64,000 nt of DNA from Rhodosorus marinus CCMP1338. Lineage: Eukaryota; Plantae; Rhodophyta. The notes beneath the pieces are model-generated. The model ran no database searches and was not told the origin of the DNA. It saw only the letters and a list, made by a program, of their open reading frames with translations. Both the position numbers and the translations under genes were made by a program. Numbering within the stretch: the first letter of the stretch is position 1; each line of letters begins with the position of its first letter. Below, piece after piece: positions 1-10,342 of the stretch. The stretch spans positions 1,178,001-1,242,000 of the forward strand of contig JAMWBK010000004.1 in NCBI GenBank assembly GCA_029953675.1. The letters run 5' to 3'.

Positions 1-518
1 TCCGTGAGAGATACTGCGGATCCGCTGAAAAGTGCACTCCATGCTTTAGCTTGCGTGTAGCTGAACGCGGCGGAGTACAAGAATAGGAGTGGGTATGTGT
101 TGAATCGGGCGAAAACCAACCCCTTCTTCCCAAAGGCACCGTTGAACAATTCCGGGTACGAATGCACTCCTTCGTACTTCTGGTATCGCAAGCGCCAAAG
201 AAGGAAACCCGCACACATCGAGAGCCCCCAGCACAGCAAAAGAGTAAGATGTCCTGGTATCCATCCTAGCGTCGCGAAAGCGTTTGGAATGCTCAGCACT
301 CCCGTACCAACCATGTCCACGATCAGCAAAAGCATTGCAAGCGCAACGCTCAGATTCTCGCAGGTGTCATCTACGGCGTCCCCACTCTCTATGTCTTTCC
401 TGAGTTCCGCTGCTTCCTTCAAGTCATTAAGCGAGTCATCGGTGACATTGCCCACGTCCACAACAACGGCGCTCTTCAAGGTACACTCCTCACCAAGCTT
501 TGAATCAATTGATGCCAT
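1..518 (-). CDS. Amino-acid permease (AAAP/Aa_trans family), copy 1, 5' part (runs off the window edge)
   Basis: Near-identical to 20257-20774. ATG at 518 (MASIDSKLGEEC...VDMVGTGVLSIP). Same hydrophobic protein as the ORFs at 13320 and 19365. Confidence 0.9.
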   Translation of the reverse strand, partial: MASIDSKLGEECTLKSAVVVDVGNVTDDSLNDLKEAAELRKDIESGDAVDDTCENLSVALAMLLLIVDMVGTGVLSIPNAFATLGWIPGHLTLLLCWGLSMCAGFLLWRLRYQKYEGVHSYPELFNGAFGKKGLVFARFNTYPLLFLYSAAFSYTQAKAWSALFSGSAVSLT

Positions 519-840
519 TTTTCTGCACTATTTTCATTCACAATATGTCTCAGCCACTGATGCCGTCCTAGACAGCAGGTCACTCTTCAACGCTGATGAA
601 GAGTGACTATAAATCCTCTTCGTGAGAAGTTCGCATAGCGTGCTCGTTCCGGGGCTCGCTGTTGTGTCCGAGGGTAATAGCTGATCTAATCTACTGGAAA
701 CCTGCAAAATCCCAAAATAGCACCCAAGTACACTCATAGCGCTCCGGGAAAGAGCCCGAAGTGATCAGCCCATTGCGTATGCTTACCGCCGTGAGCTAAG
801 AGCATATTGGTTTAACTTGCTAGTCGCAATTGGCGGGTTC

Positions 841-928
841 ACATGTTTGTCAATCGATGGAGTTTCTTGACAACATGAGTGGACACATGTTTATCAATCG
901 ATGGAGTTTCTTGATAAGATGAGTGGAC
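841..928. repeat. 44-bp tandem duplication upstream of permease copy 1; also present upstream of copy 3 (~21097-21183)
   Basis: acatgttt(g/a)tcaatcgatggagtttcttga...gagtggac twice. Only one related unit is visible upstream of copy 2. Confidence 0.8.
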
Positions 929-1544
929 TGCTGACTATCTCAGCTGACAGCAGTCCGTTTCTAACTATCCCGTTTTCCTAGCGCTATATGGGTTGAACTT
1001 CAAAACTCGAGAAAGTCTTCCAAACACGCACAAGTCTCATCTTGTGCTGACTTGTTTCTACGAATATTCCGCAGATCATGTGGTCCGAAATACAACTTGT
1101 TACTCCTAAATTCCATCTGATTGTCACGTAATAATGCTATTCTGGACTGTACACAAATAATATTTCTTAAATAATTAACAGATATCAATATCAGAATACT
1201 CAAAATAAAGTGGCGACACTTAAAAAATTGAAAGCATCCTCACCCCAAGAAAGGAATTACACCTTTCTGTCCCTAATCAGTCTGTCAGCAAAGAAGCAGT
1301 TTTTGGTTTCGTGAGGGTGTATGGTGCTGGCTTTTGGTGGTTTTGAGTCGCAATTGTGTTCTTCGGTGGGAGGCGCTTCTTTCTGCAGCCTTTCCCCCGC
1401 ATCTTCTAGTGGTGTGGTGCGTGCTGGGGGTTGCTAGCGCCCCTTGGAGGTCGTGGTGGTTTTTCTTTGGTTGCAAACGTTGGGAACAAGTTCTCTTTTT
1501 GGGGGTTTCGTGGGGGAATCGGTTTTTCACACCTTCCAATCGTT

Positions 1545-2843
1545 ATGGTTGGGGTTTCCCCACCCATTCCGGCGGACGGAGCCGTTCTCTCAGCGCGCGT
1601 GGAGCTCAGCGTGGGCGGGTTTAGTACCGCGGGCACCCTCACGGACTGCGCTGACGAGTTAGCCCATGGGATCTGCTCGAAACTGACGAGTCTTCTTGTG
1701 ACTGCTTCCCAGGAACACCGCCTGCCCCTGCTGATCGCCTATTTGGAGCGCTTCTCCGCCTCCGCGCCTGCCCCATACCCCCCGGTGCCCGTCCCCGCGG
1801 ATCCGCACGGTACAGCGGGGCCTGCCTCCACCCGACCCGAGCGCTCCGCTCCGGTCATTCCTGATTCCGACTGGCCTACCCCTATTCAAGGACAGACGCC
1901 TCCTGGGCCCGCGTCGGGCCCGAATCCTGCTCCCTCCAGTGCCCCACGTGCGACCTATTCGCAGGTCCTACGCAGGGGCTCTTCTGAACAACGCACGACG
2001 GCAATGGTGCGTATGATGCCACAACACATCCCTATTGACTCTTCTCGCCAACTATCTCCGTTCCACTTTGTTTGGATGACGAACGTGCGTCCCCAGACCC
2101 CCTCTCGTGGTCGGGGCCGCGCGCCCGTCCACTACCGCGATTTTCGCGACACCATGGCTTCCTCCCTTGGGGTCGCCCCGTCTGAATTCCTATATGTGGA
2201 CTTCACGGGCCCTCATGCCTGTTTTCTTGTTACTGACTCGGCTTACCAGTTCCTTCAATCCCTTGTAACCACCCCCGCGCCCCAGCGCTCTGCTCTGGCC
2301 AACATGATACTGACTCGTTCTCATGTCTCTTTGTTTGTCGAGTTCGATCGTTTTGACGCCGGCTGGGTTCCACCGTCGGCCTTGCAAAACCTGGATGCCT
2401 CGCAGGTTTCGGTTGTCGCGCTACACACTCATGCGGCGCGGCTCTCGCGCATACAGGCGAGCCTCTTCGCGCGTTTTCCTCCTCGCGGGGTCCTCCGCAC
2501 CGCGCTAGAGGCCTTCCTCTCCACTGAGGCCACCCTGCTGGAAGCCCACCCTGCGTTTGACCTTCTGCCGCCGACTCCTGAGCACCCTTCCTCCCCTCGC
2601 CCTGTCTCCGAGGCTCGTGACACCGACATGGCAGAAGCACCATCGGCCTCTCCCAATCCGCTGGCTCTGGACACCCTCAGTCAAGACTCCGCTGCTGAAA
2701 ACCCTGTGTCTACTTTCTTCAGGTCTTTTAGTTCCTTCGTGCGCCCTCCACGTAAGCGTCGTGCGGCTCCTGAGCCTCCCTCCGAGGCACCTCCTCCGGA
2801 TATTCGATCTGCCTTCCCGACTGAGGGGAGGCCCGATGTCTGA
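1545..2843 (+). CDS. Family A ORF1 (~432 aa, Pro-rich, central domain possibly RRM-like, no CCHC knuckle seen)
   Basis: The track ORF starts at a TTG (1431). The first in-frame ATG (1545, MVGVSP) matches the MVGVSP start of the related element at 25489. The central block aligns by eye with 24490-24927. Confidence 0.75.
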   Translation: MVGVSPPIPADGAVLSARVELSVGGFSTAGTLTDCADELAHGICSKLTSLLVTASQEHRLPLLIAYLERFSASAPAPYPPVPVPADPHGTAGPASTRPERSAPVIPDSDWPTPIQGQTPPGPASGPNPAPSSAPRATYSQVLRRGSSEQRTTAMVRMMPQHIPIDSSRQLSPFHFVWMTNVRPQTPSRGRGRAPVHYRDFRDTMASSLGVAPSEFLYVDFTGPHACFLVTDSAYQFLQSLVTTPAPQRSALANMILTRSHVSLFVEFDRFDAGWVPPSALQNLDASQVSVVALHTHAARLSRIQASLFARFPPRGVLRTALEAFLSTEATLLEAHPAFDLLPPTPEHPSSPRPVSEARDTDMAEAPSASPNPLALDTLSQDSAAENPVSTFFRSFSSFVRPPRKRRAAPEPPSEAPPPDIRSAFPTEGRPDV

Positions 2844-5800
2844 GTCTTCCTCCTCCGCGTGCGTGTCGTCCCGGTTACCCCTGTTTACCAGTGACCGCTC
2901 AGCCTGGCATGAGCGTGTTCTCTCGTGGTTTTCGCACCTTATCGCCTCCTACCCGGACGGTTCCCTTCCCCTTTGTCGTCAGAGCACGGCCGTACGGCTC
3001 CCTCGTCGACTTCATAAGCCCCTAGGATTGGTGTTGGATTTTCTCTGGCAGCAGGTCGCCGCGAACCCTCACTGCTCTCTTCGCTGGGAACTCTTGTTCT
3101 TTTTCCCCGCTTCGTGCTCACATCCTCTACCGTCCCCCTCAACCCACATCCTCGCCGGGTCCACCCTCGCCGAAAACTGCAAATGTTCCTTTCCGGCGAC
3201 TTTGAGGACCTCGAACGTCTTTATTTCGCTTCTCTCTCTTCCTTTTCTCCTAGTGCTTCCTCAGCTTTTAGGTCTTCGCGACAGAATCGGGCGCGTCACG
3301 CGGTGGCAGGCGGTGATCTGCGGCGGGCAGCCGGGATCCTCCAGCAGCGGCAACCTGTGGTTCCATACTCCGATGATCTTTCTTCACCGCTCCGTTTGCT
3401 CTTTCCCTCGGAAGGCTCCCCTTGGGACTCCTCGTTTGAATCAGTGTTGGAAGAGTACCGCGCCGCGCCACATCCCAGTGCGCGGTTAGTGGTCAATCTG
3501 GAGGCGGTGCGTGAGTTGGTTCATGATGCTCCGAAGGGCCGTTCCCCAGGGCCCTCGGGGCTGCGGGTGGAATATCTCCGTTTCTTAAGTGATGAAGGTT
3601 TGAAGGCGTTGGCGTGGGTGGTCGAAGCGCTTGTGAATGGTGATCCCCTGTGTGAGTGTGCGTGGTTCTTGGTCGGGCGTTCGCAGTTGTGTCTGCTTTC
3701 GAAGCCCAGCCAGACGGCCTCGAGCCCTGCTATTCGCCCTATTGGCCTGGTTGAGGTGGTCCGCAAATTGGCGGCGCGATGGTTAGTGAAAATCCTGGTT
3801 CCCGAATCCCGCCGTTTCTTTGGGCACGTGCAGTTAGGCGTGGGCTATCGTGGTGGCTGTGAGTTGTTGTCTGTTTTACTCCGTTCGGAAATGGCGTACT
3901 CCCCAGATTCTGGGCTCCTCTCTGTAGATTTTACCAATGCGTTCAACCGCATCTCTCGTCCGGCTCTCATGCACGTGGTGCGCGAAGTCTTCCCTGTAGG
4001 CTTTCCCTTTGTTAGTAGACTTTATTCTCCGCTTGGTCGTGGGGCTACCTATGACACCCTTGGCGCTTCCTCACACACGTTTGCGGCGCGCACAGGGGTA
4101 CAACAGGGTGATCCCTTGTCCCCTTTCCTACATGCCTGTGGACTACAACTCGTCTTGCTTTGTCTTCGCTCCGAATTCCCGCAGGTTCGTACGGTTGCAT
4201 ACCACGACGACGTGTGCCTGCTGGGGCCCCCTGATACTCTAGCGCTCGCTTATGATCGTCTCCGCTCCTTGGCTTCGCGGGTTGACCTGGAGGTTAATCA
4301 TCACAAATCGTTCTACTGGGGAGGTGTAGCTGCACAAGAGCAGCAGGTACCTGCGTCGTTCCAGGATATTTGGAGACCGGATGGTTTTGTCCACTTAGGC
4401 ATCCCCTACGGGTCGCCGTCCTTCGTTGAAGGCGAGTTGCTGCAGCTCCTCGGTAAGCACAGACAGCTGGTTGCAGAGCTTCGACGGCTACCTCCGGGCT
4501 TTCTCCAGTGCTCGTTGTTGCTGTTTCGGTATTGTTGCAGTCAGCGGTTAACCTATTGGCTTCGCTCACTTCCAACTCATTGGGGCCGGTGGTTGGCCAC
4601 TCGTGCGGATGCTGAAAGTTTCCGTGACCTGGGGTATTTTCTCGATGAAGAGCTGAGCGCTCTGCCGCGACCCACCTGTGATGTTGTGCGCGCCCAGGTA
4701 GGCCTCCCATTGCGATTGGGGGGACTGGGCCTCTGCAATCGTGTTGTGGTCCAACCTGCAGCCGCAGTAGGGGCCTGGGGAACCGCACTTCCCACTTTGA
4801 GCAGCTTGGGTATCTCGAAGTTCCGCAATTTGATGGCGAGCCTCTCGCGGGGTGTCTTGCTTCCCAGCGTACCGGAAAGCGCCCAAGACTTGTTTCTGGA
4901 GCTCCAAACCGCCCTGAACTCCTGTACTAGTCTCCCCGAAACCGTTCAACCCCGTCTTCCTGACTGGCGAGCTGTATTTGACCGCTCTCGAGGCTCCGCC
5001 CCGGGGATTCGTCCTGCGCCTGAACCTGTTCTAGGGGAGATTGACCCAGTGGTTGCCGCAGAAGAAGAAGTTCCAGTTGATCCTCCTGATGATTCCCAGC
5101 GCGCTGGGAGCCGAGCTCAAGCACGCACGGATGCGCTGCAAAATATCCTTTCTTGGGACTTGCACCGTGCTGCATATGGCCGACTCCTCGCGCAGATGGT
5201 CTCATCTTCTCGCGCTCGCGCCCGCCTACGTAGTCTTGGAGGGGTTCTTAGCTCTCAGTGGCTCATGACCGTACCAGCCTTTCCGCCACTCACACTGTCG
5301 GATTTCGAAGTGCGTACTTCACTGCGCTTATACCTCGGCTTACAGCAGCCCCCTTGGCCGTACGAGATGGGTTCGTCGTGCCCTCTCTGCTCTCAGACTG
5401 AAGACAACGCAGATTTTGGCGCCCACCTGCTCGCTAGTTGCCCGGCGGTGAAAGGTGCTCGAACCCGCCGCCACACACGGATCTTGAACCTGTTATACCG
5501 GGAACTTCGGCCTATAGTCCAGCAAGCCGGTCTGGAAATCGAACGTGAGAAACCTTTACCCGTCGCGGGCTTTCAAAATGATGAACGCCGCGTAGCCGAC
5601 CTGGTGATAACCTGTGACGACAGCCGCCGTACCACATACGTTGATCTTGCTGTTCCCAACCCTCAAGCTAGTCGTTATCTCCCGGCTGCGGGGGAGCGCC
5701 GTGGATCTGCCGCCGCCAGCATGAGACGCCGCAAAGAGATCAAATACGCGGGGGCTTTGTCTTCCCCTGGTGTTCGTGCTTCGGCACTAGCACATCGCTT

Positions 5801-5978
5801 GGTACCCCTGATCATTGAGTGCTTTGGGTTCATGGACTCTGTTGGTTCTCGCTGGCTTCGGGAGTTGTTCCGCGAACGCCCTGACCGTCTTCAATCGTTG
5901 TTTACCCGCTTAAGTTTCCTGCTGTGGCGCATGAATGCCGCTTTGATGTTGGAGGCGCGAGTACTTCGCCGCGCTTAG
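2836..5978 (+). CDS. Family A ORF2: reverse transcriptase plus CCHC finger and RLE (PD-D/ExK) endonuclease, with one frameshift near 3105
   Basis: GVQQGDPLSP, AYHDD, LPLRLGGLG, CPLC...HLLASC, RRH, ADL...YVDLAV. The ATG at 2836 overlaps the ORF1 stop (ATGTCTGA). The frame changes at ttctttttcccc. Confidence 0.9.
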
Positions 5979-6109
5979 TCTTTTTTTCCCCTCGGGTTTT
6001 TTTTTTTTTTCAGCCTCCGATTAAACCATTCATTCAATCAGTCTGAGATCAGCATCCACATCTTCCAAAACAACACGGTCTACGATGCTACCCTTAAGCG
6101 GACAATTGT

Positions 6110-6169
6110 ACCATTCGTTCGGTACGAACGAATGGTTTAATCGGAGGCTGAAAAAAAGCCTCCGTTCGG
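6110..6169 (-). mobile_element. 60-bp fold-back micro-insertion of the family A 3' terminus
   Basis: Contains gaatggtttaatcggaggctgaaaa (reverse complement of the A 3' end). Flanked by a 15-bp direct repeat taagcggacaattgt (6095-6109, 6170-6184). Confidence 0.75.
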
Positions 6170-6486
6170 TAAGCGGACAATTGTTCTAGGTTTTAAACAA
6201 TTTTCACCTTTTCAATCATATATATGTAACCTCGGGGGGGTGATGGGCGTTCTTGACATGCGGGAAAAACTGAATCTGGACGGCAAAAAGTTCTTTATAT
6301 GGTTTTATTGTGGTACTATTTGGTGATGTATGTTTTTGGGTTAAATTGTAAAAGCCGTTATTTGTGGAATGAAGCGAGCATTTTGTGAAACTCCTGATTG
6401 GCTTAAGTAATATTGAAAATATATTGTTTTATGACAAGTTTAGGGCTGGGCCCCTTTTTGAACGAATTTTGGTTTGAGTGTCTTCT

Positions 6487-6834
6487 GAATGAATGGTTTA
6501 ATCGGAGGCTGACAAAAAACCCCGAGGGGAAAAAAAGACTAAGCGCGGCGAAGTACTCGCGCCTCCAACATCAAAGCGGCATTCATGCGCCACAGCAGGA
6601 AACTTAAGCGGGTAAACAACGATTGAAGACGGTCAGGGCGTTCGCGGAACAACTCCCGAAGCCAGCGAGAACCAACAGAGTCCATGAACCCAAAGCACTC
6701 AATGATCAGGGGTACCAAGCGATGTGCTAGTGCCGAAGCACGAACACCAGGGGAAGACAAAGCCCCCGCGTATTTGATCTCTTTGCGGCGTCTCATGCTG
6801 GCGGCGGCAGATCCACGGCGCTCCCCCGCAGCCG
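6487..6834 (-). mobile_element. 5'-truncated family A copy
   Basis: ORF 6539-6796 is identical to the ORF2 C-terminus. 11-bp TSD gagtgtcttct at 6476-6486 and 6835-6845. Confidence 0.95.
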
Positions 6835-7041
6835 GAGTGTCTTCTAGGGTTCTTCTACGGCGCGGGGGGGTGGGAGTCGGGCGTGTCCGGTGAGGACGTG
6901 CGTTTTTTTATTGATAATGCGCTGTGTGAAGGAGTAGCTTGGTAGGAATACTTTAGTATTTCGTTTGGTATTTTTTAGAACGTTTGAGGAGGGTCCTCGG
7001 TGTTGTTCCCGGGGTTTTGCTCGCCGGGGGAGGTTTTCGAT

Positions 7042-8528
7042 ATGGGTAGCACCGGGAACGCCCTGGAGAAGTTGGTACGTTGTCTTTGAGGACGGGCTTG
7101 AGTCGATTAAATTCTCTTATCTGACTCCTTGATCTCTTTTGTGGGGCGGCTTTTGCTTTGCTTTGCTGGGCTTTTGTCGCAAAACCGCTAGCCCTTGCTT
7201 GATTGCAAGTATGAGAGCCGGGCGGAATCAAAAGCCAATAGACGCAGAGCGGTGACGGGTATCGCTCTTATGTGTGCCGCGTCTGTGAGCTTCGCGGCGA
7301 TGGCTACCACAGTGCGATGGGGGTCGGCAAGTTTGTCCAGCCCGTACTTGGCGTTTACGAGAGCCCTCATGCAAGGGCTATTTGCGCTCCTGTATTGTGC
7401 GAAGTTCAGAATCAATCCCTTTGGGCCGAAGGAAGCACGTGCTGTCCTGGCGCTGCGAGGCGTTACTGGGTTTATGAATGCCACGAGCTACTACTTCACG
7501 CTTAGGTTTCTTCCGATTGGAGACGCCAACGGTAAGCACCCAGCCAGCAACACCCACACCTGCCCTGAGAAACAGCAGCTTTCTTCCATTTTTTTTGGAT
7601 AGCATTGACCTGTACTGGTCCAATTATTACAATGGTCATGGCGTCTATATTCCTTGGCGAGAGCTTTCGTTATTTCCATGTCTTCGGCGCAGCAGCGGCC
7701 TCGATTGGGGTACTTCTTGTTCCTGGCCCCAATGAAATTATTAAGAATCTTAGCAGCTCAGCAGGAGGGATGACGAGGCTCATTGGAACATGCTGCGCGC
7801 TCAGTCAAGCAGTATCCGGTAGTATGTCTTATCTTGCGATTAGGACGGTCGGCAACAAGGCGAGCTTTGCTTGTAGCGTCTTTGCGTTCAGTCTGTACGT
7901 AGCCTCTCTGATGGCAGTGGAAGGCTACATCTTGGGAACGCCCGTTTTTATGCTGCCCAGGAGCTCGAGGGAGTGGCTTGTTATCCTACTAGGCGGTTCG
8001 TTTGCACTGTTGGCTAACAGTTTGCTCTCGATGTCTCTGCAGATGGTGGAAGCGAGTAAGTCACCATTTTCCGCGTTAATACCTCTAGATATAGATTTAC
8101 TTCATTGCTCATGCCAACTTAAAAGGAATAGGGAAACTCTCGCCCATGAGTAACCGGTCGTTAGTGGACCGAACCCGTTTCTTCCGAAGGCTTGACTTTT
8201 TTAGTATATATCCGGCTAACCGTTGTGTTGCTTCGCAGGCAAATCTGGACCCGCGAGGAATCTCCAGCTGCTCTTCGCGTTCGTTTTCGGATGGCTATTC
8301 TTGGGAGAAACGCCAAAGATCGAGTCGATTATCGGATCATGTATTATTCTATCAGCAATATTGTGCATTGGGTACAAAACCCTCGAAGAGGAGAGAAACG
8401 AATATCCAGACTCTCCATCCCCGTTTCCACCTGAGACCCCAACCCAGACATGTAGCGATGTGTGTAGTAGCTACCGTGTGGCTAGCTGGAGGCGATCCAG
8501 AACATTATTCACAGAGAAATGTCCTTAG
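7042..8528 (+). CDS. EamA/DMT-superfamily membrane transporter, spliced (probably 4 exons)
   Basis: Hydrophobic exon ORFs with LRG..G, LPIGDA, GPIIT and LQLLFAFVFGWLFLGETP motifs. GT..AG introns at approximately 7075-7191, 7532-7602 and 8058-8238. The first exon (MGSTGNALEKL) is inferred. Confidence 0.8.
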
Positions 8529-9509
8529 CAAATTTCTTCATTTGATACTAGTAAATGCCAACTGCAACCAACAGGTTTTTTCGGGCAACAGTATGGTATG
8601 CAGACTCACCGGCCCACTCGACTAAAAAAACAACAAACCGTAAATCTCCATCCATTCAGGTCCATCCCGAATTCATTCACCCTGTTACGGACCTGGCCTA
8701 TCCGGGAAATGGAATCAACTTGCGCGACATAACCCGACCTTCATCCCACAACATCGACTCTCCCCCCCACCCCCCTTCCCCTCCCGGACGGATCCATCTC
8801 ACGCTGACACAACACGTCAGTCCAATCCAATAAGAATCCTAGTACCCAGTACGCACACACAACTTGTCAAATATATTCTTTTGATATTAAACAATTTATT
8901 CCTTTAAGGGACGTCCAAATCTTCAACAAATAGGAAAATCGATTCAAAATAATTTGTAATTCATCACATTTGAGATAGAACCCTTGACCAATCCCATGTG
9001 GAGCCTTCCGACGAACCGGCGATGAAACGACGCGGACAGTCTGTCCTGTCCGGACGACGAAGATTTTTTTATTATTGAATAGTTTATTAAAAAATTAGCT
9101 CACCGGTTGGGAATAATTAAAAAAACGAAAAGGATGATGTGGAGACTTGTCAGATAATTGTTTTTCAAAATGAGAACAAATTCTTCTTGTATTTTGGGAA
9201 AAGGAACGTGAAATTCTGCGATTTTTTTGACATTTCTGTTTTTTTTTCTGGGATTTTGGATGTTACAGGCTGTCATGAAACTACCATTGGCCATTCGGGA
9301 TCGGGGATTTCGTGGATTGACGGAAGAAAGTAGGATTTTTTTTTTTTTGGCCGGGCGGGCGGAGGAGGAGGTTGAAGACGATGGAACCATTTGGAGACTC
9401 TGTCATGCTTTCTGCAGTTCAGTGAAGCGCTATGGTACTGTTTTTTGTTGACCTCTGCCATGAGTAAAGCCTCCACTGACGAAGCTTATAAAAAGGAAGA
9501 AAAACGCAA

Positions 9510-10203
9510 CCCGATAGGGGGACATCGAGACCTCTAGCCCCCTGGACAACAGGGGGCTAGAGCTGTCCAATTGCCAAGCGCTCGGCAAGGTCAGTGTTTA
9601 TTGTACGAGCTGCTTGTCAGATCAGGTCGTGGACTGGATAAGCACCATACTCACTGCCGAGATCGTTTAGCCGCGTGTGCAGCCAGCCATAATGCCTAGC
9701 AAAGGAGTGGAAATTGCTGAGAGACAGTTGTGAAACTCAGACTGAACCTGGAGCTCTTACCTGCTCTCGTCGTCTGCTACTTGTAAAAGTTCATCATAAA
9801 AGTCTTCCGGCATTTCCACGTTGCTGAACCGAACCATCGCGTCCCAGCACAGATTTATCGCGTTCAGCTCGACGTGAGCTAGCGAATGCAAATATAATAA
9901 TATTGCGGAGCCTTCGGCTTCCTTTGGTTTCGGCATTTCGGGTGGGTCCAGTACAGCTGGCCGCTCGATTCTAGCCCACGATTCAGGTGCTTCAGCTGGG
10001 GCCAATCCACGAACACGCAGATTCCCGCCCATAAACAGCTTTCTAGCCTCATGAGTCAATACTTTCTTCTGCCAGGGCTCTTTCTCTGTCAAAACAGCCC
10101 TGCCATACTCAAGCAAGGACTCCAAGTATACACGGCTCGTACTCAACGCTTTTCTCCCTCCGTTCCTACTTAAACAAATACGAGCACAAAAAGCAAGCCC
10201 CAT
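9510..10203 (-). pseudogene. DUF455 / ferritin-like domain protein, disrupted
   Basis: Exon 1 reads LHSLAHVELNAINLCWDAMVRF...MPEDFY...VADDESR|gtaag. Exon 2 (from 9695) reads HYGWLHTRL..LG.EYG...HDLI*QAA...DLAERLAI..L*...ARGLD, with TGA at 9617-9619 and TAG at 9557-9559. Confidence 0.75.
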
Positions 10204-10342
10204 ACCCGCTGAAAACGCCTCAAGCTTGAACTGACTACTGCTCAGCTCCAAACGGTTGTTATCCCAATCGAACGATCACACCGCGCTTTTCTACCTGAGA
10301 ATCTTCGGTGCTACTAATCTTGCACTCGACTAAGCGCCACTG

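Larger units (their letters stand above)
1285..6035 (+). mobile_element. Full-length RLE-type non-LTR retrotransposon, CRE-like, 'family A'
   Basis: 10-bp TSD AATCAGTCTG at 1275-1284 and 6036-6045. GU-rich 5' UTR, two overlapping ORFs, short T-rich 3' UTR ending ...cctccgattaaaccattcattc. Confidence 0.93.

Noticed and set aside
97-606. 169-aa plus-strand ORFs (also 14308-14817, 20353-20862, 37741-38223) and 28428-29243
   Set aside because: Antisense shadows of the permease or coiled-coil genes. They recur only because the sense gene is duplicated.
605-615. Conserved TATAAAT upstream of all four permeases as their TATA box
   Set aside because: It lies on the strand opposite to the genes. On the coding strand it reads ...ttatag and could equally be a 5' UTR splice acceptor. 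Unresolved without transcript data.
1431-1544. N-terminal extension of ORF1 from the TTG at 1431
   Set aside because: The related element shares the downstream ATG start MVGVSP, so the extension is probably 5' UTR.
8990-9070. Hammerhead or other ribozyme near ggcgatgaaacgacgcggacag
   Set aside because: The CUGAUGA and GAAA cores with the required stems are not present.
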